Part shown: in pieces, positions 1 through 13,694 of the stretch
How positions within the stretch are numbered: position 1 is the stretch's first letter
Layout of the letters: the number at the start of each line of letters is the position of its first letter
Source: Asterias rubens
Taxonomy: Eukaryota
Direction: 5' to 3'
DNA: 64,000 bases
Assembly: GCF_902459465.1 (NCBI RefSeq)
Contig: NC_047082.1
Coordinates: 6,262,001 to 6,326,000, forward strand
Made by a program: the position numbers and the translations under genes
Notes under the pieces: generated by a model
Databases searched by the model: none
The model's input: only the letters and a program-made list of their open reading frames with translations
Told to the model about the DNA's origin: nothing

Positions 1-480
1 ATAGAAAAACAATTGTTTTGTTATAAATAAGTGTAGATGCAGTGCTAAAAGACACATATAAAAAGGTAATGCAAAAAAATCCCTCTCAAGTCACATTAGT
101 TTATGTATCCCAACATAACAACTACCAGTGAACAAATTTAAACTAGTATGTTTTCATACGGGATTTGAGGCATGTTTTCACCGTTTTAGAAAATAGAGTT
201 TCTGTCTAGCGAGTTCCAAACTAATGTTGCCCAATGTAGGAGAGGGGATTTTTTGACAATGATTGACGTAATTTAATAAACCAGGTATGCAAATCTGGAA
301 AACCGTTATTTTTTTCAACAATAACACTGATTTGTAAAACTTTTTTTTGCACGAATGTACTTCAGCTTTAAATGACAGACATAATGAAATATTCCTGAAG
401 ATAAAACAAATGACAGCAATAGTAACCCTACCACACGCAACGTATTAGAAAACACAAACTTAAATACAGTGGTCGTTTAC

Positions 481-3400
481 CCAAGCACTTTGTGACTTTG
501 GTGTATTTGAGCTCGTCCATGTCTGGCCAGATAGTCTTGACGATATCTTCACCAGTTACTGCTGCTAAGGAGTTCAATCCAGACGATACCGTACTTTAAA
601 AAAAGGAAGAGAAAAACAGGAATTTACAGTGCCTCAAAACAGAAAGTTATTGATTGCTAGCTGTCTGTGTCCGTTAACTTTTATTTTAGAATGCTACCTG
701 TCAGTTCGTGGCTCTACATCTCCGACTCCCGGGTGAGTATTTTCCTCTTGTTAGAACCAATATCTGAGTGCCAGATATTGGCACTAGGTTTGAGTGGTAC
801 TATCTCCGAGTGCTAACTGTTAGTTCCCGACAGTGGAACTATACTATGAGTGTAGCCGTCAAGGCCTGAAATTGGGCACCACATCTTTCAATGCTATCTG
901 TCAGTGCCCGACATTATTATAATATATATTGCTATATGGCACTGCCTGTTAATAACTTTGGTACTTTATATCTCTGAGTGATATAGCTATCACGGTGCAT
1001 TCACAGACTCCCAAATCGCTACAAAATGTCACTTTCATAATACGCTCATATTGTGGCATTTAGGTCTATATTCTGCAACTTCACATTGGCCAATTGGAAG
1101 GCTCAGCAATGTGTAACTGAATCAGTGATATGAAAATTTGACAAAAATGTAAGCGTGTTTGCGTACGTACCTAAGAGCAGCACTGAAGACAGCAGAAACC
1201 AATAGACCTGGTAGACCAGGGCTGGTGTGAAATAGGTCCATCAGAAAGTAGGGAATCAACTGCAGTGTTGTTAATCAAAAAGTACATTTAATCTGTGTAG
1301 GCCTACACGTATTGTCTCACCACTTGCCTCTTTGCATGCTGTACCCGAAATCATAATCTCAACCAGAAGCTTACAGTTTTAGTGGCAGGCTCTAAATCCA
1401 AATTAGTCCAACAAGGTCCAATAAAAGTCCTCTAAGATATTGGGGCCATCATTGCTGAAGTGCGATCTTGGGTAAATCTGTGCTGGGCAGTGAGTGAATG
1501 CTAAGACTGGGCGAAGTTTGTTAGTTCGAACGGCGAGGCCTGCCTGGCATCGCCCACCATGGCTAAAACACTGGTTCTGACAATATTAACGTACAATGCA
1601 ATGCTACAATCTAAAATACTATCAACAAACAGCAAAGAAAAGAAGCAATAATTAAAAAATATTACCTGGTCGCTTGACTTCACAGATGTAAGTGTAAGTG
1701 GGTCACAGTTAGCATAGTTAGCATACATTACTAGCCCAGCTAAGCATGCAAGGCTAACTACTACCACCATACCAATAACAGCTAGCAACAGGGCACTGAA
1801 ATAAATTAGATAACACATTAATGTGGGTAATACATTCAATCCGGTATTAATACATCCATTTTAATCGTTTACTTTCTGATATAAGCAGACAATTCTAACA
1901 ATTTTATGTAAAAGGACCAAATTACTAATTCAACCATTAGGTGGTACAATGTCCACTGAGGTGTAACCGTCCATACTAAACGTGTAACTAACAGTTAAAA
2001 CTTTTAAATGTGCCGTTAAACGTGCATTGTGTTTTTCTTCCCAGAGAAGAAGTGTTTTTCTTGAGTAACTGAGTACTTTTAAATGTTGAAGAATGTATAA
2101 GTTATTTAATTGCAATGGGGGACAAAGCCTGCACTTCAAACCTGCGTGGTAGGAGATTCTGTCCACACGGAGATTTAGTCCCCCATTTATTAGCACACTG
2201 TGTATTCAAACGCGCCCTCTTACAGCCCATGTGAATTTCAAAAAAGGGGAACTCAATGATGAGGGTGGGAAATGCTTTGAAGATGAGTTTGTATTATGGT
2301 TATGAATGTGTTTAAACAATCGGTTGGTTTGGATTTTGATGTCATACTTATAAACAACATTGAACATTTGTCCCCTGGCTGCCATTGAAACATACGAAAA
2401 GACACTTACACTTGGGCCACAGGTTCTTTGCCGCATGTCAAGTAGCGTTGGACCTGTGCCTGGTTGACACAATAGACGGCTGACCAGGTGAAAGTGCCAC
2501 CAACCACTACAGACCAGAAGGTGTGACGGACTGTAGGATCTGGGTCGAAACTAAACAACAAAATATGATTAAACCAATCCATTAAAACCATGACAGACTG
2601 AGTCAAAATTTCGTTCACATGAAATAGCAACAGTTATTATGCATGTAAATATAAATATAGAAAAATTAGGATAACTGTAATTATGTTGTATTTTCATGGC
2701 AAATCAGCACAACTCTAAAACAATGGATTTTACAAACAAATAAGAAATTCGTTTGGTAAAATGTGGGCGCTTTGAATAATGTGCAGGACTCGAACTATAG
2801 CCGTGACCTAATTGGTGGCTACTACTGTCTGCGTCATCATGCGTTGAGGGTTGAGGTATAGGACGTTCTTAGCAACACACTTAGCAACAGCCATAGCCAT
2901 ATATGTAGAGCCAATCCGCATACTGCCCAAATCGGGAACTCGGTCTCGTGATGTGATTTGAAGGGCCGGCATCAACTTGATTAGTAAAACACCTACAGGC
3001 GGATTTTTAAGCAAACCTTCATTTAAGTTGTCGACCAGACTTTTACATAATACCAAGTCGTTATAGAAAACTATGTAATAAATGTAGTTATTAAAGGTAC
3101 TGTACACTATAGTGGTAATTACTCAAAATAATTGTTAGCACACAAACTTACTTGGTATAACGAGCATACGAGAGCTGTTGATAGTATAAACATTGTGAGA
3201 AACAGCTCCCGCTGAAGTAAAACGTAGTTTTTGGAAAGAGGTATTTTTTCACTAAATTATTTGTTTAGAAGACTTCAGCATGAAGCCATTTATTATATTT
3301 CTGAAAGCATACAAAGAAGTTCAACATAGGTGTTTTTCTTTCATTAATCTCTTGCAACTTCAATGAGCAATTGAGATCAAATTTTCACAGGTTTGTAACT

Positions 3401-6400
3401 GTATGTGTTTTGTGGGGTGCACCGAGTGAGAATACTTGTCTTAGAAAATTATCAAAAGGTGTCCAGTGTCTGTTGTTAAAATTACTCACTTAAAGAAGTC
3501 GATGCGTCCTCCTTTCTCGGCTATTGACCAGACCTCTCCCATGCCTCCAGCCCGAATGCTGCCAGCAATGATAAGGGCAAGGAAACCACTCATCATGATA
3601 GTTACTTGAAACACATCAGTCCACAACACAGCTTTCATTCCACCCTTCAGTCAAGACAAATTAAAACAGTTTTTACAAAATATCATAACAAATGCTGAAC
3701 GGTGTTATGGATTTATAAGTTTCGGCCAAAATGTGGAAAACCTTAATAGTACGGGCCGATACTGTCTTTGTAGTTGTGCATCATTTTGGGGAAAATGGTA
3801 TAGTATAAACATGCACCGGTCAAACACTGGTTTTGTGGCACACCATTGACAATATTGAATAAAATCTGCATTGGGTTTTGTAGCGTTACATCATTTTGTG
3901 GGCCAATACTTGCTTGTAGCTACACACAATTTCGGCAAATATAGCAAATCTTTTCTGGGCAAAAACGTTTTTTTGTTGTTTTGCAGGACACCATTTAATT
4001 TGGCAAAATGGTAGAAAACCCCTATTGGGCCAATACTGGTTTTGTAGCGCAAACTATTTGGGGAAACTGGTAAACGACCTCTATTGTGCGAATACTGGTT
4101 TTGTAGCTGCACACCATTTGGTCAAATTATATAGAAAACCTGGGCCCATACTGGTTTTGTAGCGGCAAAATGGTAAAAAAAAAACTTTTCTGGCTGTAGG
4201 CTGTTTGTATTGTGTGTTTATCTAGTAGTATTTATAATCACGTGTGTATGTTTATCTAAGGGTGCAATTAGTAGTAGATTTAATTAATTATCGTTGTAAT
4301 TCCTTGTTGAATATCAATCGGTTATGTGTTTGTTACCCCATCATGCATTTACCGTGTAGCAGGGCAGAGTCGAGCTAAGATAAAACAAACGTTTGCGCTA
4401 AACGTCGCTCTTTCGTCGAATTTAATCACCATTTTCCGGTTATTTGAGTTCGACACGGTAAAAGTGCGACATTCAGCGCGAACGTCGCTGAACTTACAAT
4501 TGTTGTGTAAAATGTACACACAAGTCCAATGGCAATGACCGAACCCCACAGATCCAGCCCAGTAACTGTATAAAGGCAAAAATAATCAGTTATCGTTCTT
4601 GGTCCATACAATTAATTAATCTTTAGCAAATAGATACAATAATTCCGAGAACAAACTAGCAATACAAAATAATAAATTGATGTCTGACAATGTTCAATGT
4701 TTGCATACAATCTTGATGTTCTTATTACGAAGGTGTAGTTAGCGTATATAAATGTAGAGTAATAGACAACAAACATCAGTATCCCAAAACCAGTGATGAG
4801 AGTAATTGCTCACAAAAAAAGGTCTGAAACTACATGTAGGATACAAATTCTGCTGATAAACGTTGAAATTACTGAGTTATAGATTCCACTGAGCTCTTAG
4901 GAACAGTGTTCTCAGCACTTGAAAAGTAGATCAATTGTTATATTGTGGAAAAAGTAACGGCTAATTTTCGTCACCAGACTGACTTAATTCAGATAAAAAG
5001 TCTGACAAATCTGATCCCTGCAAAACGTGCATTTAAGTTTATAAACTCTCAAAATGAGAAATTCAAGGTATAAAGACATACCCTTTCTAACTAATTGCAC
5101 TGTTTTCAGTTGAGTTGGTATACTACTCGAGTAGGCTTCACCGAGAACGGTACCGGGTCCAAAATAGACTTGATTTCAAAAGTAGACTTGATTTCAAGTC
5201 TGAGACCGTGATTATTTCTCTGCATCAGCCACACAGAATTCACCCGCAGATTAACTATAACTTGCTCTAACTCGCAGTCTCCAATGACAGAGGTTAATCT
5301 GCGCTATTTCATCAGGCCACAATGTTGGTTTTCGGGAAGACTAAAAAGCCACGACCACAGACAGTCCAGGTCCAAAGTACCCTGATACCCGAACACATTC
5401 ATAAAGCCTGGTTGCACCATCGAACCTGACCTTACCGCGAACTTCATTAATATTATCGGGTTCAAAGTTGGTCAACCTTTAATACTGCGGATTGGGAAAG
5501 AAAAAGACTTCGTATACAATAGTCTTACCTGCACTTAAAGCAAGAGCCGGCGCATAGATTACAATGCCCATGTAGATGACCTGGGGAAACGGGCGAAGAA
5601 CACGTAATTATCAGTCTCATGTAAATATTATGGGTAACGAATTACAGGTGTTTGCATCAGCTATATAATGTTAGCACAGCCCCCCCCCCCCTCCACACCC
5701 CTGGTGCCTAAATTTGAAATCTGGACTAGTAAACTAATTAATCGTCAAATGTAACTTGTATCAGCTATAATGTGTGAAATGTTTATAACTATTGTTCCAT
5801 TTTATCACAGACATTCAGACAATTGCTTTTTGGGAGCCACTTCAGATTATCTCAGAAAAACTAGTGAATGGTATAACAAGAGCACTGAAGGGTGATCTTG
5901 TTTAGAGAAAGGCAAACATAAACTACTAGAGTTTTACGTTGTTATCATCACATTGTACCCCTAAATGATTCACTAGTTTCGTCGCTGTTTTTAATCATTG
6001 CATTTCATTTTGATTATTCTAGCCGTCATACCAAGAACTCCCATTACCAAGAATTTCATGGAAGGAAGTTTCAGATTTAGATGTGAGAGGAAAAAAACAC
6101 CACATAAATATTTTAGGGCCGTGTATAGTGTATTAACCAACAGAATTTCCTTTGCAAGAAAACTTGCAATACTTCCAAAGAAAGTCAATGTATACACACA
6201 ATGTCAACACACAAAATTCAAATGATTTATTGTGTTGGATTTATTGAAAAGGTATACGTGCCGACTCCATGGCGTCGAAAGCTTTTCAGGGACAACGTAT
6301 GGATACTTGGTACGTAGGCTAAACAAGAAAAGAACTAAGGTAAATTCTGCTAGATCTTACCATTTGTAGAAAGAAGGTCAGCATACCACATATTCGCATG

Positions 6401-9400
6401 ACCTTATTGAACCTCAGCTCCAGATACTGTGCATGGGAATTGAACAATATAAAAGTAGGCTATGTCAAATGAAGGACAATGCAAAAAACTATATAGAATT
6501 GCGATTCAACACATGGTGTGATACCTACTGGATGGAAATATTTACTTGTTATCAACTCCATATTACAGTATCCCCTGAAAAGTCTCTTTAGTTTTATTAT
6601 TACGACCTGCGTTATGAGAATTGTTTTCTTGTCACGTTGAAATAACCAGTATAGGAAATTCTTGACGAAACATACAAATATTGTAAAACATTTTTTTTCT
6701 TTAATATCCGACAACCAATATGACGAAACTGTTAAAGATTGAAAATAATATGATCTTGTTGTTGATGGTGGAAAACTTGTTGTGTGATTCATTTATTATC
6801 TATTGTGTTTTCTGCCTCTCTCTCCCTGGTCTCTATTATTTCCATTTGACTGCTTCAGTTGAATGGGTTTTGTCATTTAGCCTTCAAAAACGACTCTGTT
6901 ATTATTAAAGTTGAAATATCAGGCCAATAATCATGCTTTGAATCTTAACAACAGGAGCCAAACCTGTCTAATAAAATCAGTCATAATGTCACGCGCACTC
7001 ACAGACAAGGTTGATTATGGTTATTGATTATAATGTTATTGATAATTTAAAGGGAAGGTACACGTTTGGTAATTACTCAAAACAAATATTAACTTAAAAC
7101 TGACTTGGTAACAAGCATTGGAGAGCTGTTGATAGTATAAAACATTGTGGGAAACGACTCCCTCTGAAGTAACGTAGTTTTTGAGAAAGAGGTAATTTCT
7201 CACTAAAATATTAAAAGACTTCTATCTAGAAGTCTTTTTTCCTAGCACGAAACACACAAAATCGTCCAACAAGGGTGTTTTTCTTTCATTTTTTCTCGCA
7301 ACTTCGATGACTAATTGAGCCCCAAATTTCACAGGCTTGTTATTTTATGCTTAGCTAGATGGGATACACCAAGTGAGAACACTGGTTTTTGACAATTACC
7401 AATAGTGTACCTTCCCTTTAAGGATAGGAACGAATATGAGTACTCATTCAAACACCCACACATTTAACCGAAATAATTATTAACGTAATAATACTATCGC
7501 AAATACATAATGATTCAGATACCCATAATCCGGAGGTCGTTGGTTCAAGTCCTGCTCAGTGACAGGCGCGTGGTTGTACAAAAATGGATATATTGAAAAG
7601 AACAACAAGATATATATATCGGTGTAGAAACAAAATTAATTGAATTTTCTGGGAATTCAATAACTGAAAGGATCTACACCACCACCACCACAAAAAGAAT
7701 GTAGAAATAAAAACATTGCAGTTTTCTTTTTCCTATTTCCAAATCCAAGGTTTGGTTTTAGGTGTTTGGATATGTTTTTCTCTCATCTTCTTTTTGTTTC
7801 AGGGGTGTTTTCCCCTTGGAGGCCGGCCTCACAGAAACTGAAAACAGCACAAGGAATACAATGGCTTAATCATAACATACGTTCGCATTTACTTCTAGGG
7901 AAAATGTGAATATACAGAATGTATTTTCGTGCCTTTTTATAATTTGACCACTCAAGATGATTGTTATTCAAATGATTACTATTTTGTTACTGTAATTTTG
8001 GCCGTTGGCCACGAATGTAAAAAGAAACAAACCATCTATCTATCTATCTAACTAAATAGTATACACTGAGCTAATTTTTCTCGGATGTTTCTGTATGCAT
8101 GCATCAAAACCACCATGGTAAGAGTACGTTGTCATAAATTTCAAGAAAAACATATGTTTACATTTGATGTCCCGATTTTACTTTACCTTGATTGCGTGAT
8201 CCAGATCCTAAACCTGACCATAGTTTTAGTAGGCCAGCCAAAGTGTGAAATTACACTCTGGACGCTAAGTTTGTTAATGGCTGGCATCCATGCTAGATGT
8301 ATAGATCATGGACTCGGGAAGACGATTAGGGTGGATGCCCAGCTTGATTTTGAATGTTAAGGTCATTTTGGGGTCAAAAGGAAAAAAAGGGTCAAAAAAC
8401 AATATTTTCAAAATCTGTGTCAAATTTAATCACATTTGATAGATCTATCCATAAAATGTATTTTTAACTTTATGTTGATATTACAAACCTATGTAATTAA
8501 CGAATAAACTTTGACCTTGTACACAAATGTATAGCAAAACAAAGTGTATAAGTGTGATTATCTTGAAAAGGGTACATTTTGAGTACACCAATTGTTTTTT
8601 TCACTCCCCATCCTCATTGGTGCATATTATTGGTTTCAAACAACTTTTTTTGAAAGGTATAAATATACCCAGGCAGTTTTTGAGAATAAAACAAAAATTC
8701 AAGTACCACCTTCATGTGGGGTAATAACGACTCATTTTAAGGTCAACATTTCAAATAAGACAAACATTTTGCATGTTATAAATGTTCACAAAATTTAACC
8801 CCGAGTGATATAGGATATAAATAGACGTAAATATTCTACGCAGACATTTCGTCCTTTGACATGTTTCAGAAATTTTGCAGGATACATCTTTCGTAGCTGA
8901 ACGATTAAACACAATCCATCCGTACATCCGTTAAAAATATTTAATTTAATTATCAGGAAGTTTTTTTTCGAGAAAATGTTGTCTACCTGTACGTGCACGA
9001 CCGCATTATTTGTATTGTCGATCGACGGACGGGAACATTCGCCGTACGTGCATTCAATCTGGACAACGTATACACCTTAAACAGGAGTGTCGGAACAGGT
9101 GTGCCGGAACAGGTGTGCCGGTGTGGCGGTTTCAACTTTCCGCTGTGTTCAGTTTTCCGAATGACCAAATACGGTAGCATTACGTCATGCGATGCCTGCG
9201 CACAGCAAGCGAAAGTAGTCCATTTTTAGTGCCGTATTGAGTCATCCGTTACCCTCCGGTAGCTGTCATGGCGGCGTCCACGAGTCGAGTACAACTAGCG
9301 GCAAACGCGCGTGGATCGTATGAGTTGTTTTTTATGCAAGCAGAGTGTGACCTGCCTAAGTTGTACACATGAATACATGTCAAGATGGGGCAAGAGATTA

Positions 9401-12400
9401 TGTGACTACACAGAAAAGAATCGTAATGAACAATTTGGGGTCACTGCTCAGAGAACTAAATTACTCGCCAGGGTACTCGCGGCGGTATCTGACAGGTCAC
9501 CCGGAAAACTGAACACGCCGGAAAGCTAAAACCGTTCGAACAACGTGTTGATATGTCCGACTACATCACCCGGAAAACTGAACACGGCGGAAGACTGAAA
9601 CCGCCACACCGGAACATAAATGTGTAACCTTACCGATGTATTGGTTTTGAACTGCGAACTTTAATGCGCCTCGAGAATGGAGTGGAATGAGATTAATATG
9701 GTTTGCGGTAACACCACATTTGTATGTACTTGCCAGGTAGAGTTTGTTCTTAGAGAACTGTCTTGCTTTATTCTACTACCACGGAGAAGATTGTTCGGGT
9801 GTTCGGAAGACTTATCAGTTCTAAAAAGAACTGTCCTGCTTATTAACTATTACCCAGGCGAATGGTATAGAAAATAGGCTGGGACTACTACTTAAAGCTT
9901 ATAGGATCGTAATTAACTGTTCTACCGCGGAGTCAGTTCTTAAATAATATTGGTCTCAACGTTTCGAATGAGATTACTTCCAAAAAGAGTTTAAAATTAC
10001 TTGTAGGTTAATTCTTAAAAAAAATGTTAAACTGTTTAACTTTTAACTGTTTTAAAGCATTTAATTTGTAACACATTTCCCTTTCGTTTAACCTTTACAC
10101 CGATGTGTGTTAGCATTTTATACTCATTACTTTCCGAGTTCTGTGAAAACATCACAGGCATCTATTCAGGTGGGATTTGAGCCAACGACCCTTGTCAACC
10201 TAGAGCAGATGTATTACCAATTAGACTACCTAAATTGCCAGGTAGATAGAGATAATAGATGTTAAATTTGCATCGGGGATAGTACTGTATACTCAGTACT
10301 TTCCCGAGTCATGTGAAAAAATATCACAGGCATGTTACTCGGGTGGGATTCGAACCCACGACCCTTGCAATTCTAGAGCAGTGTCTTACCAACTAGACAA
10401 CTGAGGATGTTCCTGGCAGCTAGAGGCAGTTCGAATCTAGGTAGATAGAGGTTTAGGCAGCCGGTACCGCCGCAAACATTCCATATATTTGTTGTTGTCA
10501 AATTGATGATCACGCAATTGTTCTGATAATACAGAGTATTCGAGATTTGGAAAGAATTACCTTCCGCGGTACCTGACACTAGAGATCAATTGTTGCATCT
10601 GGAAAAGTGCTCAGAAAGTGATAAAAGCATGAAACTTGGCACAAGTATTCTTCAACCCATACTGATTATTTTTAGGGGTAGACCCATTAAAAAGGTGCAT
10701 TTTCCTTAGCAACTGTTGCTAGGTAACACTTTTACCCTAGCAACGGCACTTTTAAGCCTCCCTAGTGCACCCGGATGACTTTGTTCCATGTTACAGGACA
10801 TTATAGCTATCATTAGACATGTTTCAAAGACAATCAGTGTCATCAGGAGACAACACAATGCTACAAGTGTCACCAGAAAACAAAACAAACGTTTGTTTTG
10901 TTGCTACAAACTTAGTAGTTTGAATAGTAAGCGATAATGTTATCCCGGGATGCATAACAACACGAATCCAACCCTGTGGTCCGTTCTCTATGATCCAACT
11001 AATCACCTATTAAATTCAATGCAACAACATAGTCAAAAGCCACCCATTCAAAAACGTTCGTTATCTTTACTGAAGAAAATCTTGTGTAAATTTGCTAAAA
11101 CGGCTTCTTAGTTTGCTTCAGACACTATAAAAATGGCAGACATCAAAGGTAGTCACGATATGAAAACGTTTGTGGTAACACCATGAAATGACCATCTCTT
11201 TACGAGTTGGGTGGTTCGGAAAAGAACCGTTGGTTTCACCGTCGGTTTCACCGTTGGTGAGTATAAACCAACGGTTCTTTTCAGAACCACCCCTACACAT
11301 TAAGAGATAGTCATTGCATTGTGTTACCACAAACCTTTCCATATCGTCCACCATGCAAAGTTTAAAATCCTACCTAAAGGTATTAATCACATCACTAAAT
11401 TGTCAAACGAACAAAGTTTCAATCCCTAATTCTAAAACTGACGTTATTAGATAAAGTGCATTAGCCAATAGTATGACTATAGTTGTGGGCTCCGCAACCT
11501 TTAGTCAGGAAGAGCATCACATAGACCATGTAGTAGCGCTTGCTGGTATTTCTGAATATAATTGATTCTCCTCTCAAACATGGCCGATGGAAAACTGTTT
11601 CAGCAAAGAATCGTTATGTATAATGAAATAGAGCAAAACGCTTGAAGATATCCAGTGTGTTCATGAACCACTCCCACCACTTTGACGGAACATTCTGAAG
11701 CTGTGTGAAAATAAGTGCTGAGATCTTTAATTTTTAATTCTATAAAGGAAAAAAGGGAAATAAAAGGGTATAATAAAATAACTTGTGTTTCTGAAAGCTT
11801 AACTCCGGGATATGTGTGTGTATATATTTGTGCCTACTGGTTTTTTTTACCAATGTATTTTTGACAAATATAATAATAATTTCTTGTTTAATATCCTTTT
11901 CTTGGTTAACTTCTACTTTATGTAATTTTTTTAACATATGATGTTGACATGTGCAGTTCAGTTTTTAACTGCGAGACATGTTTTAATAAACCATTTTTGA
12001 ACTGAATTGAATATACTCCGTGGAACCGTGGAACCAGGCATGAGCTAAAACTATAGACGTTATGAACTGTGACATTACATGCCACTATAAGCCTGGACTT
12101 CCAGCAGGCATGATTTTTATACAGCTCAATGGAAGACAAATACAATATTGTAGGGAAGTTGCAAAGTCCAATTTGTATCAACTTTTCTATATGATAAAAA
12201 GGGGGTACGTCTCGAAACTGGTTCAGCTGTTAAAACTCTTGATTTATGAGGAGATTATGACACACAATGTTAACTTTCAAATATGACCAGTTCAGTATTT
12301 GGCTTGGAAGAAAGACCCCAAAATTTACTAGTTATGTCGCGCATAATGTAAAAAAGGGTTAACCTCTGTTTCTTTTTTGGTAATACAACATATCGCCAAT

Positions 12401-13694
12401 GCAGCAATATCCCTCCGATACTGTCTTGATATTTGTTTACATTAATTTCAGTAATGTGTGCCTCCTTTCCTCATGTCGTCATATAATATGAAACTGATTT
12501 CCATGATGACCGCAACGAAGTAGCGTAACAAAAATATAAATAATGTTTTAAACAATAGCTGCAAATTATAGTGACATGCAAAATGGCAATAGATAATGTT
12601 ATAGCGATACGCATGCGGCATGCGCGATAATTGGGCCCTGGGAAAACAGTAGGAACATTATCGGGCTGACCTACACACTACCTACCACATCACATATAGG
12701 CGTTGTACACCTTTCGGGCTATGCTATCACAAATGTATTTGTTTTCTTCCAAGTGCAAACACATCGGAAATAAAGCATGGCTGACGGGTACGCACACGGC
12801 AATTTGAGTAAGGGAAATCAATTTTAGACTTTGAACAACACTGTTCACAGGTTAAGGGGAACTTATGAGCATTCCCCGTAAAAACGTAAGACCCCTCGAC
12901 CCCCTACGTAGGTTTGCCTGTTCGAAGCGATTGCCACAGAAAGTTCATCAACTGTGCGTCTGGTAGAGCGTAGGTTTCACATCCACACCACAACTAGCCT
13001 TTAGTCAAGGCGCACGCGGCACGCCGGATGGCACGCACAACCCCAAAAATGTAACGCACGAAAAAAGACTAGCGAAGCGCATTTACCAACTCGTTTGTGG
13101 CCTTATGTTTTTCTTTACATTTGCCAACGATTTTGGTGGGAGAAAATGTAATGCATAATGCATTAGCGTGGTGAGTTGCTGGCCAATAAGAAGCCACAAT
13201 TACTTGCATGACGTCACAAGAACGTTCGATGCAAATTCGTTACATTTTCTCCCACCAAAATCGTTGGCAAATGTAAAGAAAAACATAAGGCCCCCCCCAA
13301 AAAAAAAAAAAAAAAACGAGTTGGTAAAGGCTGGACTTATTCTTACCTCAAATGCGCTTGTCACATCCAGCCTAAAAAATATTGGCAAGAAACACCTGGA
13401 CGTAAAGAACCCAGCAGCGATGTAGGCGAATCCGTACAGCCAAAACATACAGCCGTGAGTGTAGTTCTCTGCCGGTGTTCCCAGGAAGGTTATTGCCGAG
13501 ATGAAGCTGGCTACTAGGGACACTGCAACAGGAATTGGACTCATATTGCGATCAGCCATCAGAAACTCCTTGGTGGTTTTCTGCTTTCCTCCGGTCAGGG
13601 CATGGTAGACACCAATAGCGCTAGATACTAACAGAACACACGCAAATACGGCATAGTCGGCAGCGCCGAACACTCTCATTTCTTCGGCAACCAT
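481..13694 (-). CDS. SLC5 sodium:solute symporter (SMCT/SLC5A8-A12, SMVT, NIS group); multi-exon, 3' end outside window
   Basis: GT-AG exons with compatible phases: 13347-13694 ([10 protein letters not shown]...GGKQKTT...TSAFE), 6361-6426 (YLELRFNK), 5529-5580 ([17 protein letters not shown]), 4498-4565 (VTGLDLWGS), 3490-3644 ([13 protein letters not shown]), 2410-2550 ([12 protein letters not shown]...VNQAQVQRY), 1666-1795 (CDPL...DQ), 1171-1259 (LIPY...PGLPGL), 481-593 ([14 protein letters not shown]). Hallmark SLC5A5/6/8/12 motifs; exact orthologue not resolvable. Confidence 0.93.
3091..3472. mobile_element. TTAA-flanked non-autonomous DNA transposon (Kolobok-like MITE), degenerate copy
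   Basis: Starts TTAAAGGTAC...GGTAATTACTCAAAA and shares the internal sequence of the 7047, 29123, 41275, 42822 and 60156 copies; right end degenerate. Confidence 0.7.
3750..4175. repeat. Degenerate ~55-65 bp tandem repeat
   Basis: Recurrent core GGGCCAATACTGGTTTTGTAGC followed by ATTTGG/AAAATGG in about 6-7 diverged units. Confidence 0.6.
7047..7421. mobile_element. TTAA-flanked Kolobok-like MITE
   Basis: TTAA-AGGGAAGGTACAC ... GTGTACCTTCCCT-TTAA terminal inverted repeats. TTAA target with RR...YY termini fits Kolobok rather than piggyBac (CCC termini). Confidence 0.8.
9040..9660. repeat. Degenerate inverted-repeat (foldback) element
   Basis: CCGGTGTGGCGGTTTCA...GTGTTCAGTTTTCCG at about 9118-9160 is the reverse complement of CCGGAAAACTGAACAC...AAACCGCCACACCGG at about 9570-9615; a second direct copy lies at about 9500. 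Outer limits uncertain. Confidence 0.5.
10095..10480 (-). mobile_element. Two tandem copies of a tRNA-derived repeat unit
   Basis: Minus-strand tRNA-like heads at about 10165-10230 and 10338-10405 (A box TCTAGTTGG, B box GGTTCGAATCC) sit in shared flanks (ACACCGATGTGTGTTAGCA..., GCAGCTAGAGGCAGTTCGA). Same unit at about 35185-35510. Confidence 0.7.
11169..11335. mobile_element. Short hairpin MITE
   Basis: GTTTGTGGTAACAC...GTGTTACCACAAAC termini with imperfect pairing along the whole ~165 bp. Confidence 0.65.
12995..13331. mobile_element. Truncated palindromic MITE (TAGCC...GGCTA family)
   Basis: TAGCCTTTAGTCAAGGCGCACGCGGCAC left arm matches the full copy at 27577-28021. The central part is in the opposite orientation and the outer right arm is missing. 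Confidence 0.75.

Noticed and set aside
1930-2472. Short intronic ORFs (CRLC motif and others), likewise 2808-3107 and 5991-6225
   Set aside because: No coherent domain; they lie in SLC5 introns or overlap SLC5 exons in other frames.
10338-10405. Functional tRNA gene
   Set aside because: The anticodon stem is mispaired and the segment is part of a dispersed repeat with degenerate copies; treated as tRNA-derived. The fragment at about 7520-7560 has only a B-box-like half.
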